DNA of 64,000 bases from Antedon mediterranea (GCF_964355755.1 NC_092676.1:4255888-4319887), one strand, 5' to 3'. Counted from the first letter of the stretch, positions 1-13,400 are shown. Numbers and translations: made by a program. The notes: generated from the letters alone by a model not told the origin.

Positions 1-2339
1 AAAAAGAAGAAAATATAAAGATATTTAATCATTGCGACATTCAAAATATCAGAAATATCATAATTTACAGGATGTAGCAAAATGGTTTTTAGTTAATAAT
101 ATTTGTTACCAATGAATTATAAAAATTGTAATTGTCACCCAAAATCATTGTTTTCCTGACACATTTTCAGGGAAGGAAATATATCTTGAAACAACATATA
201 TTAAATCATTTTATATGGATAGAGTTACAATTAATTTAATGTAAACAATTAAAATTGTAATTGAGTTGTTTAAATATCTGAGAGAAGTCCTCCTGTTGTC
301 GATCATGCTAGTAATTCTGTAGAAAGTGAGTTTATATTTTTTATCTGGAGATGTGAATTACATTGTATATTATATAATTTTGTTATATAAAATGTTGGTT
401 TATAGATCAACAAATTATTCGTGTGTTTATACTATGATGCTAACACGATACATTGTGAAATGGAAATATGAATACATGTAACAAATATGTATTTCATAAT
501 AAATGAAAGAGTAAAACTAAAACATAAATGCATTTATTTAATTAATTTGTTTTTCTTATTAAAATGAAATTAAAATTAAAGAGATATATACATTTGATAA
601 ATTTGTATTTCATAACAAATGAAATAGTATAATTACAATATTAAAGGGACAACCATAGGACCCAAGAAAGTGTCCCTTTAATTTGGGGTGTCCCCTAAAT
701 AGGGGTGTCCCAAAGAAGGGGTTCATACTTTATGTATATACATTAAATCATATAAGGAATAGCCAACGTCTCTCATACAGTTGTTATTTTATTGTTATGG
801 TCATAGTATAAACACATTTTAGGAATTAAATTTTCATTTTTTTTTAAATAATTCCGAAAATCTTTATTTTATTTATTTCTGATTCTTCATATTTCTTGTT
901 TAATTGCTGCCATTGTTTTAAAAACATGAACCAAATACTTTGCCACCTGCAATACTGACCACATGTGCTCAATATGACCCCAAGTGACCCCATATTAATT
1001 AGTAAATTCAGTAACTGATTCATAATTGCAGAATAATTAACAGTTTTTTAACGAGCAATAGACGGGTTACAAACAATTATTTGTTTATGAAACTTATATA
1101 TAAAGAAAATTATCAATTTTTCCTTCGGTCCTATATTTTTATTTTTGTTATTATATGTTTTTGTTTATTATAATAATATATAATTATAAATGTATAATAT
1201 TACTGTACTAAGACTATAAACATGTTTAGTATAATAGTATTGCATGCTATGTTGAACTCTATCCGTGTTTATATACAAGTATGTGTACCACTTATACAAT
1301 AGACTATATGTTCAAACATTGTTGTTATGCCTTCATCTTTTGTAGACATATGGCTACTGATTTATTCTGAATAAGACAATTGAGCAGAGGTGTTTTTATA
1401 GTCCTGGTTCACGCTAGAAATTGTAATGGAATCATGGTTCACGCTAAACAGTTGTTATTGGGAGAAACCAATCGTGTCAGTCTGTGTAAGAAATTATCGA
1501 TGTGATAGGGCGATCTCAATCTTCATGCTTGGTTCCCAAGATGAAACACAAGGACGTAACGCAAGTGATTTGACCAATCACAAGCGTTGGATTATTCGAA
1601 CTGTCGCTTGTCATTGGTTAACTTGCTTGCTGTGCGCCTCTAGTGTGAACCAATAGTCCACTAATCTTAATCTGGTTATTATGATTGGAAACCGATTTTG
1701 ATCAGCCCTAGTATGTATTGCAAATCAGGGTTACCGGTAAAATGACGTCAGTAATTTTGTGCGTGTGAACAGGGAATTTATTAATGCCCGTGATTGGTGA
1801 CCGTGTGTAAACAGAGCCTTGGCAGTGGCATACTCATTGGGCATACGTATGTTTAGCATAATTTACATTAAAGTGCGCAATATGTATTGCGACAACTGTA
1901 TTATTCACTTACTCTGTTCGCTATCAGATTTACTTTACATTATATCGGATATCGCCCTGAGTTATATCGGATTTATTAATCGGATATCCTGTAAGTGGTC
2001 ACCTCCCGTACGCGGCCACTTTTCCTGGTACCAAGGGTGGTCGGTTACGGGAGGTTCAACTGTATAAGCCTCATATTGTTATTGTCCGATTTTTGTAACG
2101 AATATTACATTTTGTTTGACGAAATCTGGCAATTAAACATTTAATATAATAGTACTATATGCACATATTATTAAGGTATCATTGTCTTATGGAGTCATAT
2201 TAAGCAATTGTGTCAACAAACAAAATGGTTAAAATTTAATTATGCCATAATATTCTCGTAACATGCGTCTTATATATTATATATATATATTTAAAAAAAT
2301 TCTATCTACTATAGTATAGAAATTTTCGAAAAATTGAAA

Positions 2340-3200
2340 TACTAAAATGTCGACCCTTTTTGACGTTACATTGACATGCGCAGAATCGCATAAAATTTCG
2401 ACCTTTTTCTGTTTTGAGAAAAAGTCTGTAAAATATGGAAATATACATGCATATATAGCAATATTAGGGCATATTAAAAGAAATTAAAAAACGCCATATT
2501 TTGGGTGATTTTGTTGGTTACTATGACTCTATAAGATGATGATAACGCAATATAATATGTGCATATATGGCAATATTATTGCAGGATAATTTAATTTTAA
2601 ATAGTCGATATTTTGGCCATTTTAAAAAAAATCCCTGTTTTCGAAAAATTACCAAATTTCGACCCTTTTATTTTCTGCCATAACTAGTTACTATGACTCT
2701 ATAAGACGATAATAACGCAATATATGTGCATATATGGCAATATCATTGCATAATAATTGAATTTTAAAAAGTCGATATTTTGGGCATTTTTCGAAAAAAT
2801 TCCTGTACTATAGAACAGGTTTTTTTTCAGAAAATGGCAAAATTTCGTCGATCCTTTTATTTTTCGACAAAACTGTGTATTATGGCTCTGTAAGTTGTTG
2901 CAAAGCAATATATGCGTATATATAGCGATATTATCGCATAATTATTGAATTTTAAAAAGTCGATATTTTGGGCATTTTTCGAAAAATGGCAAAATTCGAC
3001 CCTTTTATTTTTCGACAAAAGTGTGTATTATGGCTCTATAAGTTGTTGCAAAGCAATATATGCGCATATATAGCAATATTATCGCATAATTATTGAATTT
3101 TAAAAAGTCGATATTTTGGGCATTTCAAAAAATGACCAAATTTCGACCCTTTTTTTTGGTCTAGTTACTATGACTCTAAAAGATCATGATAACGCAATAT
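2340..3200. repeat. Degenerate tandem repeat, ~150-180 bp units
   Basis: Recurring TATAGCAATATTATCGCATAATTATTGAATTTTAAAAAGTCGATATTTTGGGCATTT and TTCGACCCTTTT blocks. Confidence 0.75.
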
Positions 3201-3881
3201 ATATTGATTTATTACCTTTTACACTACACTGAACAACAACTGTGTTTTTTTTTATGAATGAGATGACTCCGAATCAGGCTTTTTTTCCCCAAAAGTCGTG
3301 TCTGGTTATTATAGGCTAATGAAAGTTACGATGTCAAAATTAACATTTAAGTAAAATTGTGTACAATTTATTATCTGGCATAAGATCTTTGTCAATAGTA
3401 AGTGAGTAACTAGTCTAGTTACACACTTGCCCCAAGTCCCTCTTTTTTATGTTAGTCCACCAGTTGGCTCTTTCGATGTTTGTCTGAAATAGTTTCAAGT
3501 CAAGTAGTATACGTATGAAACGCCAAAAGATATATCCTTTTATTAATATTCAGTAAAACTCCGCCTATAACCTCGACCTTACATTCATCAACTTGTTTCC
3601 CATTAATTAAGTATGAAACTAAATAAAAAATTTTTCTCTCTTTGGTTTGGTGTGTGCCTCTCATCATATACATATATATATATATATATATATGTTGGGG
3701 CGACTTTTTCTCATTCTCCCAGATTTCCTCATCTTTATCGTTTCAAAAATTAATTAAATAATTTTCAGTGTATCACCGGGCGGTTTGGAATTTATTTCTA
3801 TGCCTGTTGTGTTTATAATATATATATATATATAAGTTTAGAATTAATGTTCTGTGCCTGATTTGTTTATATATATATATA

Positions 3882-6031
3882 TTTATTCTGACTTGTCAAG
3901 CCTCCACTGATTGTGAGGGCGTTTGTTGTATGAGAGAATGTATCTGGTGGGTGAAAATCTGTGATAATACCATACATGGCTCTGTGGTCTAGTGGTATGA
4001 TACTCGCCCTGTAAGCGAGAGGTTGCAGGTTCGAATCCAGCCAGAGACATTTGTTCATACAACTAAAAAATACGGAACTTTCGCCAATGAGCTATGCTCG
4101 ACGCGATTATGAGATCATGTTCCGAATATGAGCACTGTTTCTATAATTTACAGTATGATTTATATATAATTTACACAGTGCTACGCAACATCATTGATTT
4201 ACATATACACAATATTATTTAAAAAACCGTTGCGAATTAAAGTTGGAATTTATTCTGACTTGTCAAGCCTCCACTGATTGTGAGGGCGTTTGTTGTATGA
4301 GAGAATGTATCTGGTGGGTGAAAATCTGTGATAATACCATACATGGCTCTGTGGTCTAGTGGTATGATACTCGCCCTGTAAGCGAGAGGTTGCAGGTTCG
4401 AATCCAGCCAGAGACATTTGTTCATACAACTAAAAAATACGGAACTTTCGCCAATGAGCTATGCTCGACGCGATTATGAGATCATGTTCCGAATATGAGC
4501 ACTGTTTCTATAATTTACAGTATGATTTATATATAATTTACACAGTGCTACGCAACATCATTGATTTACATATACACAATATTATTTAAAAAACCGTTGC
4601 GAATTAAAGTTGGAATTTATTCTGACTTGTCAAGCCTCCACTGATTGTGAGGGCGTTTGTTGTATGAGAGAATGTATCTGGTGGGTGAAAATCTGTGATA
4701 ATACCATACATGGCTCTGTGGTCTAGTGGTATGATACTCGCCCTGTAAGCGAGAGGTTGCAGGTTCGAATCCAGCCAGAGACATTTGTTCATACAACTAA
4801 AAAATACGGAACTTTCGCCAATGAGCTATGCTCGACGCGATTATGAGATCATGTTCCGAATATGAGCACTGTTTCTATAATTTACAGTATGATTTATATA
4901 TAATTTACACAGTGCTACGCAACATCATTGATTTACATATACACAATATTATTTAAAAAACCGTTGCGAATTAAAGTTGGAATTTATTCTGACTTGTCAA
5001 GCCTCCACTGATTGTGAGGGCGTTTGTTGTATGAGAGAATGTATCTGGTGGGTGAAAATCTGTGATAATACCATACATGGCTCTGTGGTCTAGTGGTATG
5101 ATACTCGCCCTGTAAGCGAGAGGTTGCAGGTTCGAATCCAGCCAGAGACATTTGTTCATACAACTAAAAAATACGGAACTTTCGCCAATGAGCTATGCTC
5201 GACGCGATTATGAGATCATGTTCCGAATATGAGCACTGTTTCTATAATTTACAGTATGATTTATATATAATTTACACAGTGCTACGCAACATCATTGATT
5301 TACATATACACAATATTATTTAAAAAACCGTTGCGAATTAAAGTTGGAATTTATTCTGACTTGTCAAGCCTCCACTGATTGTGAGGGCGTTTGTTGTATG
5401 AGAGAATGTATCTGGTGGGTGAAAATCTGTGATAATACCATACATGGCTCTGTGGTCTAGTGGTATGATACTCGCCCTGTAAGCGAGAGGTTGCAGGTTC
5501 GAATCCAGCCAGAGACATTTGTTCATACAACTAAAAAATACGGAACTTTCGCCAATGAGCTATGCTCGACGCGATTATGAGATCATGTTCCGAATATGAG
5601 CACTGTTTCTATAATTTACAGTATGATTTATATATAATTTACACAGTGCTACGCAACATCATTGATTTACATATACACAATATTATTTAAAAAACCGTTG
5701 CGAATTAAAGTTGGAATTTATTCTGACTTGTCAAGCCTCCACTGATTGTGAGGGCGTTTGTTGTATGAGAGAATGTATCTGGTGGGTGAAAATCTGTGAT
5801 AATACCATACATGGCTCTGTGGTCTAGTGGTATGATACTCGCCCTGTAAGCGAGAGGTTGCAGGTTCGAATCCAGCCAGAGACATTTGTTCATACAACTA
5901 AAAAATACAGAACTTTCGCCAATGAGCTATGCTCGACGCGATTATGAGATCATGTTCCGAATATGAGCACTGTTTCTATAATTTACAGTATGATTTATAT
6001 ATAATTTACACAGTGCTACGCAACATCATTG

Positions 6032-6035
<4 letters not shown>
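3882..6035 (+). repeat. Tandem array of ~6 near-identical 367-bp units, each with a tRNA-like sequence, bounded by (TA)n
   Basis: tRNA-like starts at 3978, 4345, 4712, 5079, 5446 and 5813 (367-bp period); (TA)n at both ends. Confidence 0.95.
3978..4049 (+). tRNA. tRNA-like cloverleaf (tRNA-Pro-like body, anticodon TGT), first of six copies; probably a pseudo-tRNA or Pol III promoter
   Basis: GGCTCTG/CAGAGAC acceptor (one mismatch), A box TGGTCTAGTGG, CTCGC/GCGAG anticodon stem, loop CCTGTAA (C33 instead of U), B box GGTTCGAATCC, one T-stem mismatch. Confidence 0.7.
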
Positions 6036-6087
<52 letters not shown>

Positions 6088-6147
6088 CCGTCTCACAATG
6101 GACTTTTTACTGCCTGTGTGAGCGCACAATGGCATGCGTTCTGCCAT

Positions 6148-6195
<48 letters not shown>

Positions 6196-6199
<4 letters not shown>

Positions 6200-7040
6200 A
6201 AATCAGGCACAGAACATTAATTCTAAACCGCCCAGTGATATACTGAAATTTAATTAATTAATTTGAAACGATAAAGATGAGGAAATCTGTGAGAATGAGA
6301 AAAAGTCGGTTTAGAATTAATGTTCTGTGCCTGATTTGTTTATATATATAAAAGTATCTCTTCTGAGATCCCGCCTCGTGAATAAAAATACTGTAAGATG
6401 AGGGCGTATCAATTTGATCTCTGGTGCGCGTGCGTACAACCGAGGACTAGTGCTGTTCCGCCGTTCCACGCCGAGAATGTTAAAGAGTCGCTATCCAATC
6501 GAGTTCGAACAATACCATGAAAGCCCCAGTGGTCTAATGGTTAGGACATCTGCATATCAAGCAGACGGTCCGAGTTCGAGTCTCGGTTGGGGCGACTTTT
6601 TCTCATTCTCACAGATTTCCTCATCTTTATCGTTTCAAATTAATTAATTACATTTTAGTATATCACCGGGCGGTTTAGAATTAATGTTCTTTGCCTCTTG
6701 TGTTTATATATATAAAAGTATCTCTTCGGAGATCCCGCCTCGTGAATAAAAATACTGAAAGATGAGGGCATATCAATTTGATCTCTGTTGCGCGTGCGTA
6801 CAACTGAGGACTAGTGCTGTTCCGCCGTACCACGCCGAGAATGTTAAAGAGTCGTTATCCAATCGAGTTCGAACAATACCATGAAAGCCCCAGTGGTCTA
6901 ATGGTTAGGACATCTGCATATCAAGCAGGCGGTCCGAGTTTGAGTCTCGGTTGGGGCGACTTTTTCTCATTCTCACAGATTTCCTCATCTATATCGTTTC
7001 AAATTAATTAATTAAATTTTAGTATATCACCGGGCGGTTT
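6196..7040 (+). repeat. Second tRNA-containing family: two tandem 364-bp units preceded by an inverted partial copy (6196-6308); further fragments at 3693-3868
   Basis: 6309-6672 is repeated at 6673-7040; 6196-6308 is the reverse complement of the unit 3' part; (TA)n at unit junctions. Confidence 0.9.
6523..6594 (+). tRNA. tRNA-like cloverleaf with anticodon ATC; second, mutated copy at 6887-6958
   Basis: GCCCCAG/TTGGGGC acceptor, TCTGC/GCAGA anticodon stem, loop ATATCAA, CCGAG-TTCGAGT-CTCGG T arm, followed by a T5 Pol III terminator. Confidence 0.7.
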
Positions 7041-7420
7041 ATTCCCATTATATTCATTTTCTCATTTAGAATGTTCAATTCTTGCAAACATTCTTAAACA
7101 ATATGTTACCTTCAATTGCATTTATCCTTTGTTCTAAAAAACCTTTCTATACACTTTCTTAGAAAATAATCAATAGTACAAATAGTAAATTCACATTCAT
7201 TACTGTTTATCTTCAATCTATATATGCAATTACTTAACAAAAACAATTAAATATTAATATCAACCACTAAGCAAAGTAATACACCTGGTGAACTGATTTA
7301 TCTTAATTATTTAAACTCTTTTGCAACAATACTAAAAGAAACAATATTATGTCAAACGTTGAGATGACTTTGGGAGATAAAGTTTACTACGCACATCACG
7401 GTACTGAATTGCGTAAGAAG

Positions 7421-7496
7421 ATGTTTGTCTTTAAAGTGGTAATCATATTGATGGAGTTATCGTTTTCTAGTTGTGCTGATGTTGATTCAAATTCCG
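7421..7496 (+). CDS. Putative first coding exon, signal peptide [25 protein letters not shown]
   Basis: ATG in AAGATGT context, hydrophobic core ending S-C-A, phase-1 donor TCCG|GTATGA matching the phase-1 SRCR acceptors. An in-frame upstream ATG at 7349 is an alternative start. Confidence 0.6.
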
Positions 7497-10400
7497 GTAT
7501 GATTACTTCTCTTAATATTTATCATTTCTAATAGATTTTATAATATAGTAGGGCATTATAATAATTGATGACCTTTTCAGAATTTGTGGCAGGTCTAACC
7601 ATCCTTATTTTACAACATTTATTATTCTATAATGTTTTATTGAAATGAAATGAAAATATTGTTTCGAACTAAACATTTTACCTTTATCATAATTATACTG
7701 TGATCAAATTCTTTAGTTAATGTTGTCAATAGTTTACCTTTCAGTGAACAAATAGTAAAATTTGAATTGCAAGAATTTTTCCCATTTGTTCATAAACTAA
7801 TATTTTGCTCTATTTTGTCCACCTTTCGATGTATTCACACACTTAAGGCCGGTTCACACTGAGCGCTACACGCGCGTCAAGCGTCAAACCGAAACAACTC
7901 GCGACTAAGCTTGAAAAAGTTGCCTATGTTGGGGAGCAACAACTGAAAATATAACATACACTATATACCGTATTTATAAGCTGTCTGCGAGCTGTACAGT
8001 CTTAAGATCATTTCATAAATTTGTCAAAACACATTAAAGTATTATTGTATTTCCCAGAATATATAACATTTTATCATTATTGTTATTGGTGCAGAATATT
8101 TCCCATAGATCTAACTCATTATGCTAAATTAAACAAAACACGTCTCAATTTCCCCGCATCATCATCATCATTTCGTCGTCGGTCGTCGCAATCCGTCGCA
8201 GAGACAGTACATTACATTTTCTGTGTAGGTCTAGGCCTATATGGTTACAAGAGACACGGAGACAATGGCTATATGAAACTAATTTACATATTATTCAGGT
8301 GTAAGCAAACATAACATCTAACTCATTATTCTAAATTAAATCTTTTGTTTTTAGTCATTAGTTTTAGAACATTAGTTCTTCTCTTATACATTGCAATGCA
8401 TCTCAACTAAATATAAAGTGAGATATGTCCTCCATGCTTCCACATTTCCATAATGTAGATAATTTTCCTCGGTACATTTTCTTAATAATTTAAAGGTATA
8501 TATAGTATTGGAACGGACTTCACATTTAAGACAATAAAATAAGTCTTCGATTTTAATTTCACATACAAATTGTTGATTACCTAAAATATTTTGTTTTAGT
8601 AAATTAAACAAACATTGGTTCGAATGTTAGTAACAATTAACTGAAGCGAATTTATACGCGCAGAGGCTCCGCAAGTTCAGCATTCTCCACGTTTAGAGTT
8701 AAAAATCGACTGACGCTTGTCACATTCGATTTCATGTTCCCCCTGATGATATTGTTTTTTGCCATTTGGTGTGTGTTCTTTCGCGTGTGGATTGCTCAGT
8801 GCGTGCACAATACGTAGCAATATGGAGCTTTGATTTGCGACGACCCAATTAGGTCAGGTCAATCGATGTGTCGTCGATCGCCGCCTCCTGGACCTACAAA
8901 CCATTATAATGTGTGTAGGTGGGGAGCGTCCCAATTTCACCGCATGCGAACAATGAATAAAATGACATCATTTCGTCGTCGGTCGTCGTATAGCTCCCTA
9001 TACCCTCGCAAAGACAGTACTTTTAATATTACAAGAGAAACGGAGACAATGGCTACTATTATGAAGCTAATTTACATAATATTAAAGTTAAGGTAATACA
9101 ATTAACATTTTCCTTTCCTTGACATAATTTCATTAAACATCCACATACAGTACAACTCTTCTTAACAACATTTTTTTCAATCTTCTATCAACTAAAAGTC
9201 GTAGTTAGTCATGTCTCGGGTCACATTCTATGGTCACCGTACAGATAGGCTACTACATCAGTACTTCTATGAATGGATGACTAGTTGGTGACAAGAACGC
9301 TAGTTGGTCATACCCAGTACCGTTTTGATTTTACGATCATTCGGGAAACCACCTCACGACGATACTATTATTCAAATTAAACACTCTCTTTTCGTTAAAG
9401 TAATACAATTAACATTTTCCTTTAGTGTCAAATTAAATTTCAACTTCGTATTATCACATACGATTGTTAGGTCACACTTTATAAGATTTGACTGGTTTTA
9501 ATCGCCGGACATCACTTCCATTTTGTATGCGTATTATCACATACGATTGTTAGGTCACACTTTATAAGATTTGACTGGTTTTGATCGCCGGACATCACTT
9601 CCATTTTGTATGCGTATTATCACATACGATTGTTACGTCACACTTTATAAGATTTGACTGGTTTTAATCGCCGGACATCGCTTCCAATTTGTATGCGTAT
9701 TATCACATACGATTGTTACGTCACACTTTATAAGATTTGACTGGTTTTAATCGCCGGACATAACTTCCATTTTGTATGCGTATTATCACATACGATTGTT
9801 ACGTCACACTTTATAAGATTTGACTGGTTTTGATCGCCGGACATCGCTTCCATTTTGTAAGCGTAATATCACATACGATTGTTACGTCACACTTTATAAG
9901 ATTAGGCTGGTTTTAATCGCCGGACATCGCTTCCATTTTGTATGCGTATTACCACATACAATTGTTACGTCACACTTTATAAGATTAGGCTGGTTTTAAT
10001 CGCCGGACATCACTTCCATTTGGTATACGTATTATCACATACGATTGTTACGTCACACTTTATAAGATTAGGCTGATTTTAATCGCCAGACGTCACTTCC
10101 ATTTTGTATGCGTATTATCACATACGAATGTTACGTCACACTTTATAAGATTAGGCTGGTTTTAATCGACGGACATCGCTTCCATTTTGTATGCGTATTA
10201 TCACATACGATTGTTACGTCGCACTTTATAAGATTTGGCTGGTTTTGATCGCCGGACATCACTTCCATTTTGTATGCGTATTATCACATACGATTGTTAC
10301 GTCACACTTTATAAGATTTGACTGGTTTTAATCGCCGGACATCGCTTCCATTTTGTATACGTATTATCACATACGATTGTTACGTCACACTTTATAAGAT

Positions 10401-13400
10401 TTGACTGGTTTTGATTGCCGGACATCACTTCCATTCTGTATGCGTATTATCACATACGATTGTTAGGTCACACTTTATAAGATTTGATTGATTTTAATCG
10501 CCGGACATTGCTTCCATTTTGTATGCGTATTATCACATACGATTGTTAGGTCACACTTTATAAGATTTGACTGGTTCTGATCGCCGGACATCACTTCCAT
10601 TTTGTATGCGTATTATCACATACGATTGTTACGTCACACTTAATAAGATTGACATCGCTTCCATTTTCGTTGCTTATTATTACTAACCATTGCTACGTCA
10701 CACTTTATAATATTTGGCTGGTTTTGTCGCCGGACATCGCTTCCATTTTGTATGCGTATTAGCACATACGATTGTCTTTATAAGATTTGGCTGGTTCTGA
10801 TCGCCGGACATCACTTCCATTTCCGTTGCATAGTATCACATACGATTGTTACGTCACACTTTATAAGATTCGGCAGGTTTTGATCGGCGGACATCGCTTC
10901 CATTTTCGTTGCATAGTATCACATACGATTGTTACGGCACACTTTATAAGATTCGGGAGGTTTTGATCGGCGGACATCGCTTCCATTTTCGTTGCATAGT
11001 ATCACATACGATTGTTACGTCACACTTTATAAGATTTGACTGGTTTTGATTGCCGGACATCACTTCCACTTTGTATGCGTATTATCACATACGATTGTTA
11101 GGTCACACTTTATAAGATTTGACTGGTTCTGATCGCCGGACATCACTTCCATTTTGTATGCGTATTATCACATACGATTGTTACGTCAAACTTTATAAAA
11201 TTCGGCAGGTTTTGATCGGCGGACATCGCTTCCATTTTCGTTGCATAGTATCACATACGATTGTTACGTCACACTTTATAAGATTTGACTGGTTTTGATT
11301 GCCGGACATCGCTTCCATTTTCGTTGCATGTATCACATACGATTGTTACGTAGCACTTTATCAGATTTGACTGGTTTTAATCGCCGGACATCACTTCCAT
11401 TTTGTATGCGTATTATCACATACGATTGTTATGTCGCACTTTATAAGATTTGACTGGTTTTAATCGCCGGACATCACTTCCATTTTGTATGCGTATTATC
11501 ACATACGATTGTTATGTCGCACTTTATAAGATTTGACTGGTTTTAATCGCCGGACATCACTTCCATTTTGTATGCGTATTATCACATACGATTGTTACGT
11601 CACACTTTATATAAGATTTGACTGGTTTTAATCGCCGGACATCACTTTCATTTTGTATGCGTATTATCACATACGATTGGTAGGTCACACTTTATAAAAT
11701 TTGACTGGTTTTGATCGCCGGACATTGCTTCCATTCTGTTGCATATGATCACATACGATGGTTACGTCACACTTTATAAGATTTGACTGGCTTTGATCGC
11801 CGGACATCCCTTACATTCTGTATGCATATGATCACATACGATTGTTACGTAACACTAAGATTCGGCAGGTTTTGATCTCTGCACATCACTTTCATTTTCG
11901 TTGCATAGTATCATATTACTATTTTATCTAATTGTCGCATTTGATAATTTAAAGATTATAAGCAGTAATTACTATAATTAAGTAATAATAATTTAATTTA
12001 AGGCTTCAGTAAACATTTTCCGCAAACTATATATTTACTTATTTGTAGGGCAGAATATTATTACCCCTCACTTTAAGAATACCGTGCAAAAGTACTACTA
12101 CTACTGCACCACTACCACCCCTACCACCACTACTACTAACATTCAGTAGGATTAATAGCAGTATACATTTAAATAAAGAAATGTTTTAAACTATATTGTA
12201 ATTGTTGTTATGCAGACATTAGACTTGTGGATGGCAGCAATATTTATGAGGGGCGAGTTGAAGTTTACGATGGTACAGAATGGGGTACAATATGTGATGA
12301 TGACTGGGACAATACACACACACAATACAAACTTCGAATTCAAATTCATTTATTGCAACTGAGTAAACATTGTTGAACTTACAAAAGTACTGGTAAAACA
12401 TTAATAAATATGAAAAATACAAATTCACATACATGAAAAATACATCAACATATTTACAAAGGCAAAAGTAAATTATATAGTTATCTAATAGTTATTTTTA
12501 TTTATTTATTTTGGTTCAAGTTCCGGTACATTTATTTATCATAATTTAATATATATTATACAGTAATAAAGTACAGGAGGAGTGTTATTTATCTAATTGT
12601 CATTATTGGATAATTTAAAGATGATAACAGTAATTAATATAATTAATTAATATTACATTTATAAAGAAACTTGTACATTTGTTTAATTTTAATAGTAAAC
12701 ATTAGACTTGTGGATGGCAGCAATATTTATGATGGGCGAGTTGAAGTTTACGATGGTACAGAATGGGGTACAATATGTGATGATGACTGGGACATTAACG
12801 ACGCTCAGGTTGTATGTCAACAATTAAGACTAGGACAAGCTATCCAAGCTCCAGGGCAAGCTCATTTTGGTCAAGGGACTGGTCCGATTATGCTTGATAA
12901 TGTTCGGTGTTCAGGAAATGAGACATCTATCACAGACTGTCCTAATAATGGAATGAGGGCACACAATTGTGGACATTCTGAGGATGCTAGTGTTGTTTGT
13001 GGTAGGTAAAGTAGAAACTGTATAAAAAGGATCACTAAATACAGACAACAACAATACTCTAAGGCCAAGACACTTTTTTAACTAGGAAATGTCAATATGT
13101 TTATCTCAGTTTAAAAAGAAAATGTGTTTTTTTTCATATTTTTGTTCATTGCCACCATTCAGACTTTGTGTCCTTTGTATCCTTACTTTGTGAGTGGCCG
13201 AGCGGTTAAGACAGTCGAACCGTAATTACGTAGCCATAACATCGGCAGGGGTTCGAGGCTCACTCACTCCATGGTTCTGGTGGTAGAACGAGTCTTCTCG
13301 GATAAGGACTATAAACCGTAGGTCCAGTGTACACAACTAGCTCGTGTGCACTTTAAAGAACCTAGTACATCTTTCGAGACGAGTAGGGGGTTACCCCGGT

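Noticed and set aside
645-730. GGGACA/TGTCCC repeats (and a similar fragment at 1992-2065)
   Set aside because: Probably MITE end fragments, but partner ends and TSDs could not be identified.
1400-1830. Possible Harbinger-like MITE (GGTTCACGC..GTGTGAAC) and ORF 1426-1656
   Set aside because: Ends too degenerate to pair, no TSD found, no recognisable protein motif.
3867-5893. Repeated 62-aa ORF MNKCLWLDSNLQPLAYRAS..
   Set aside because: Antisense reading of the tRNA-like repeat, a typical artefact.
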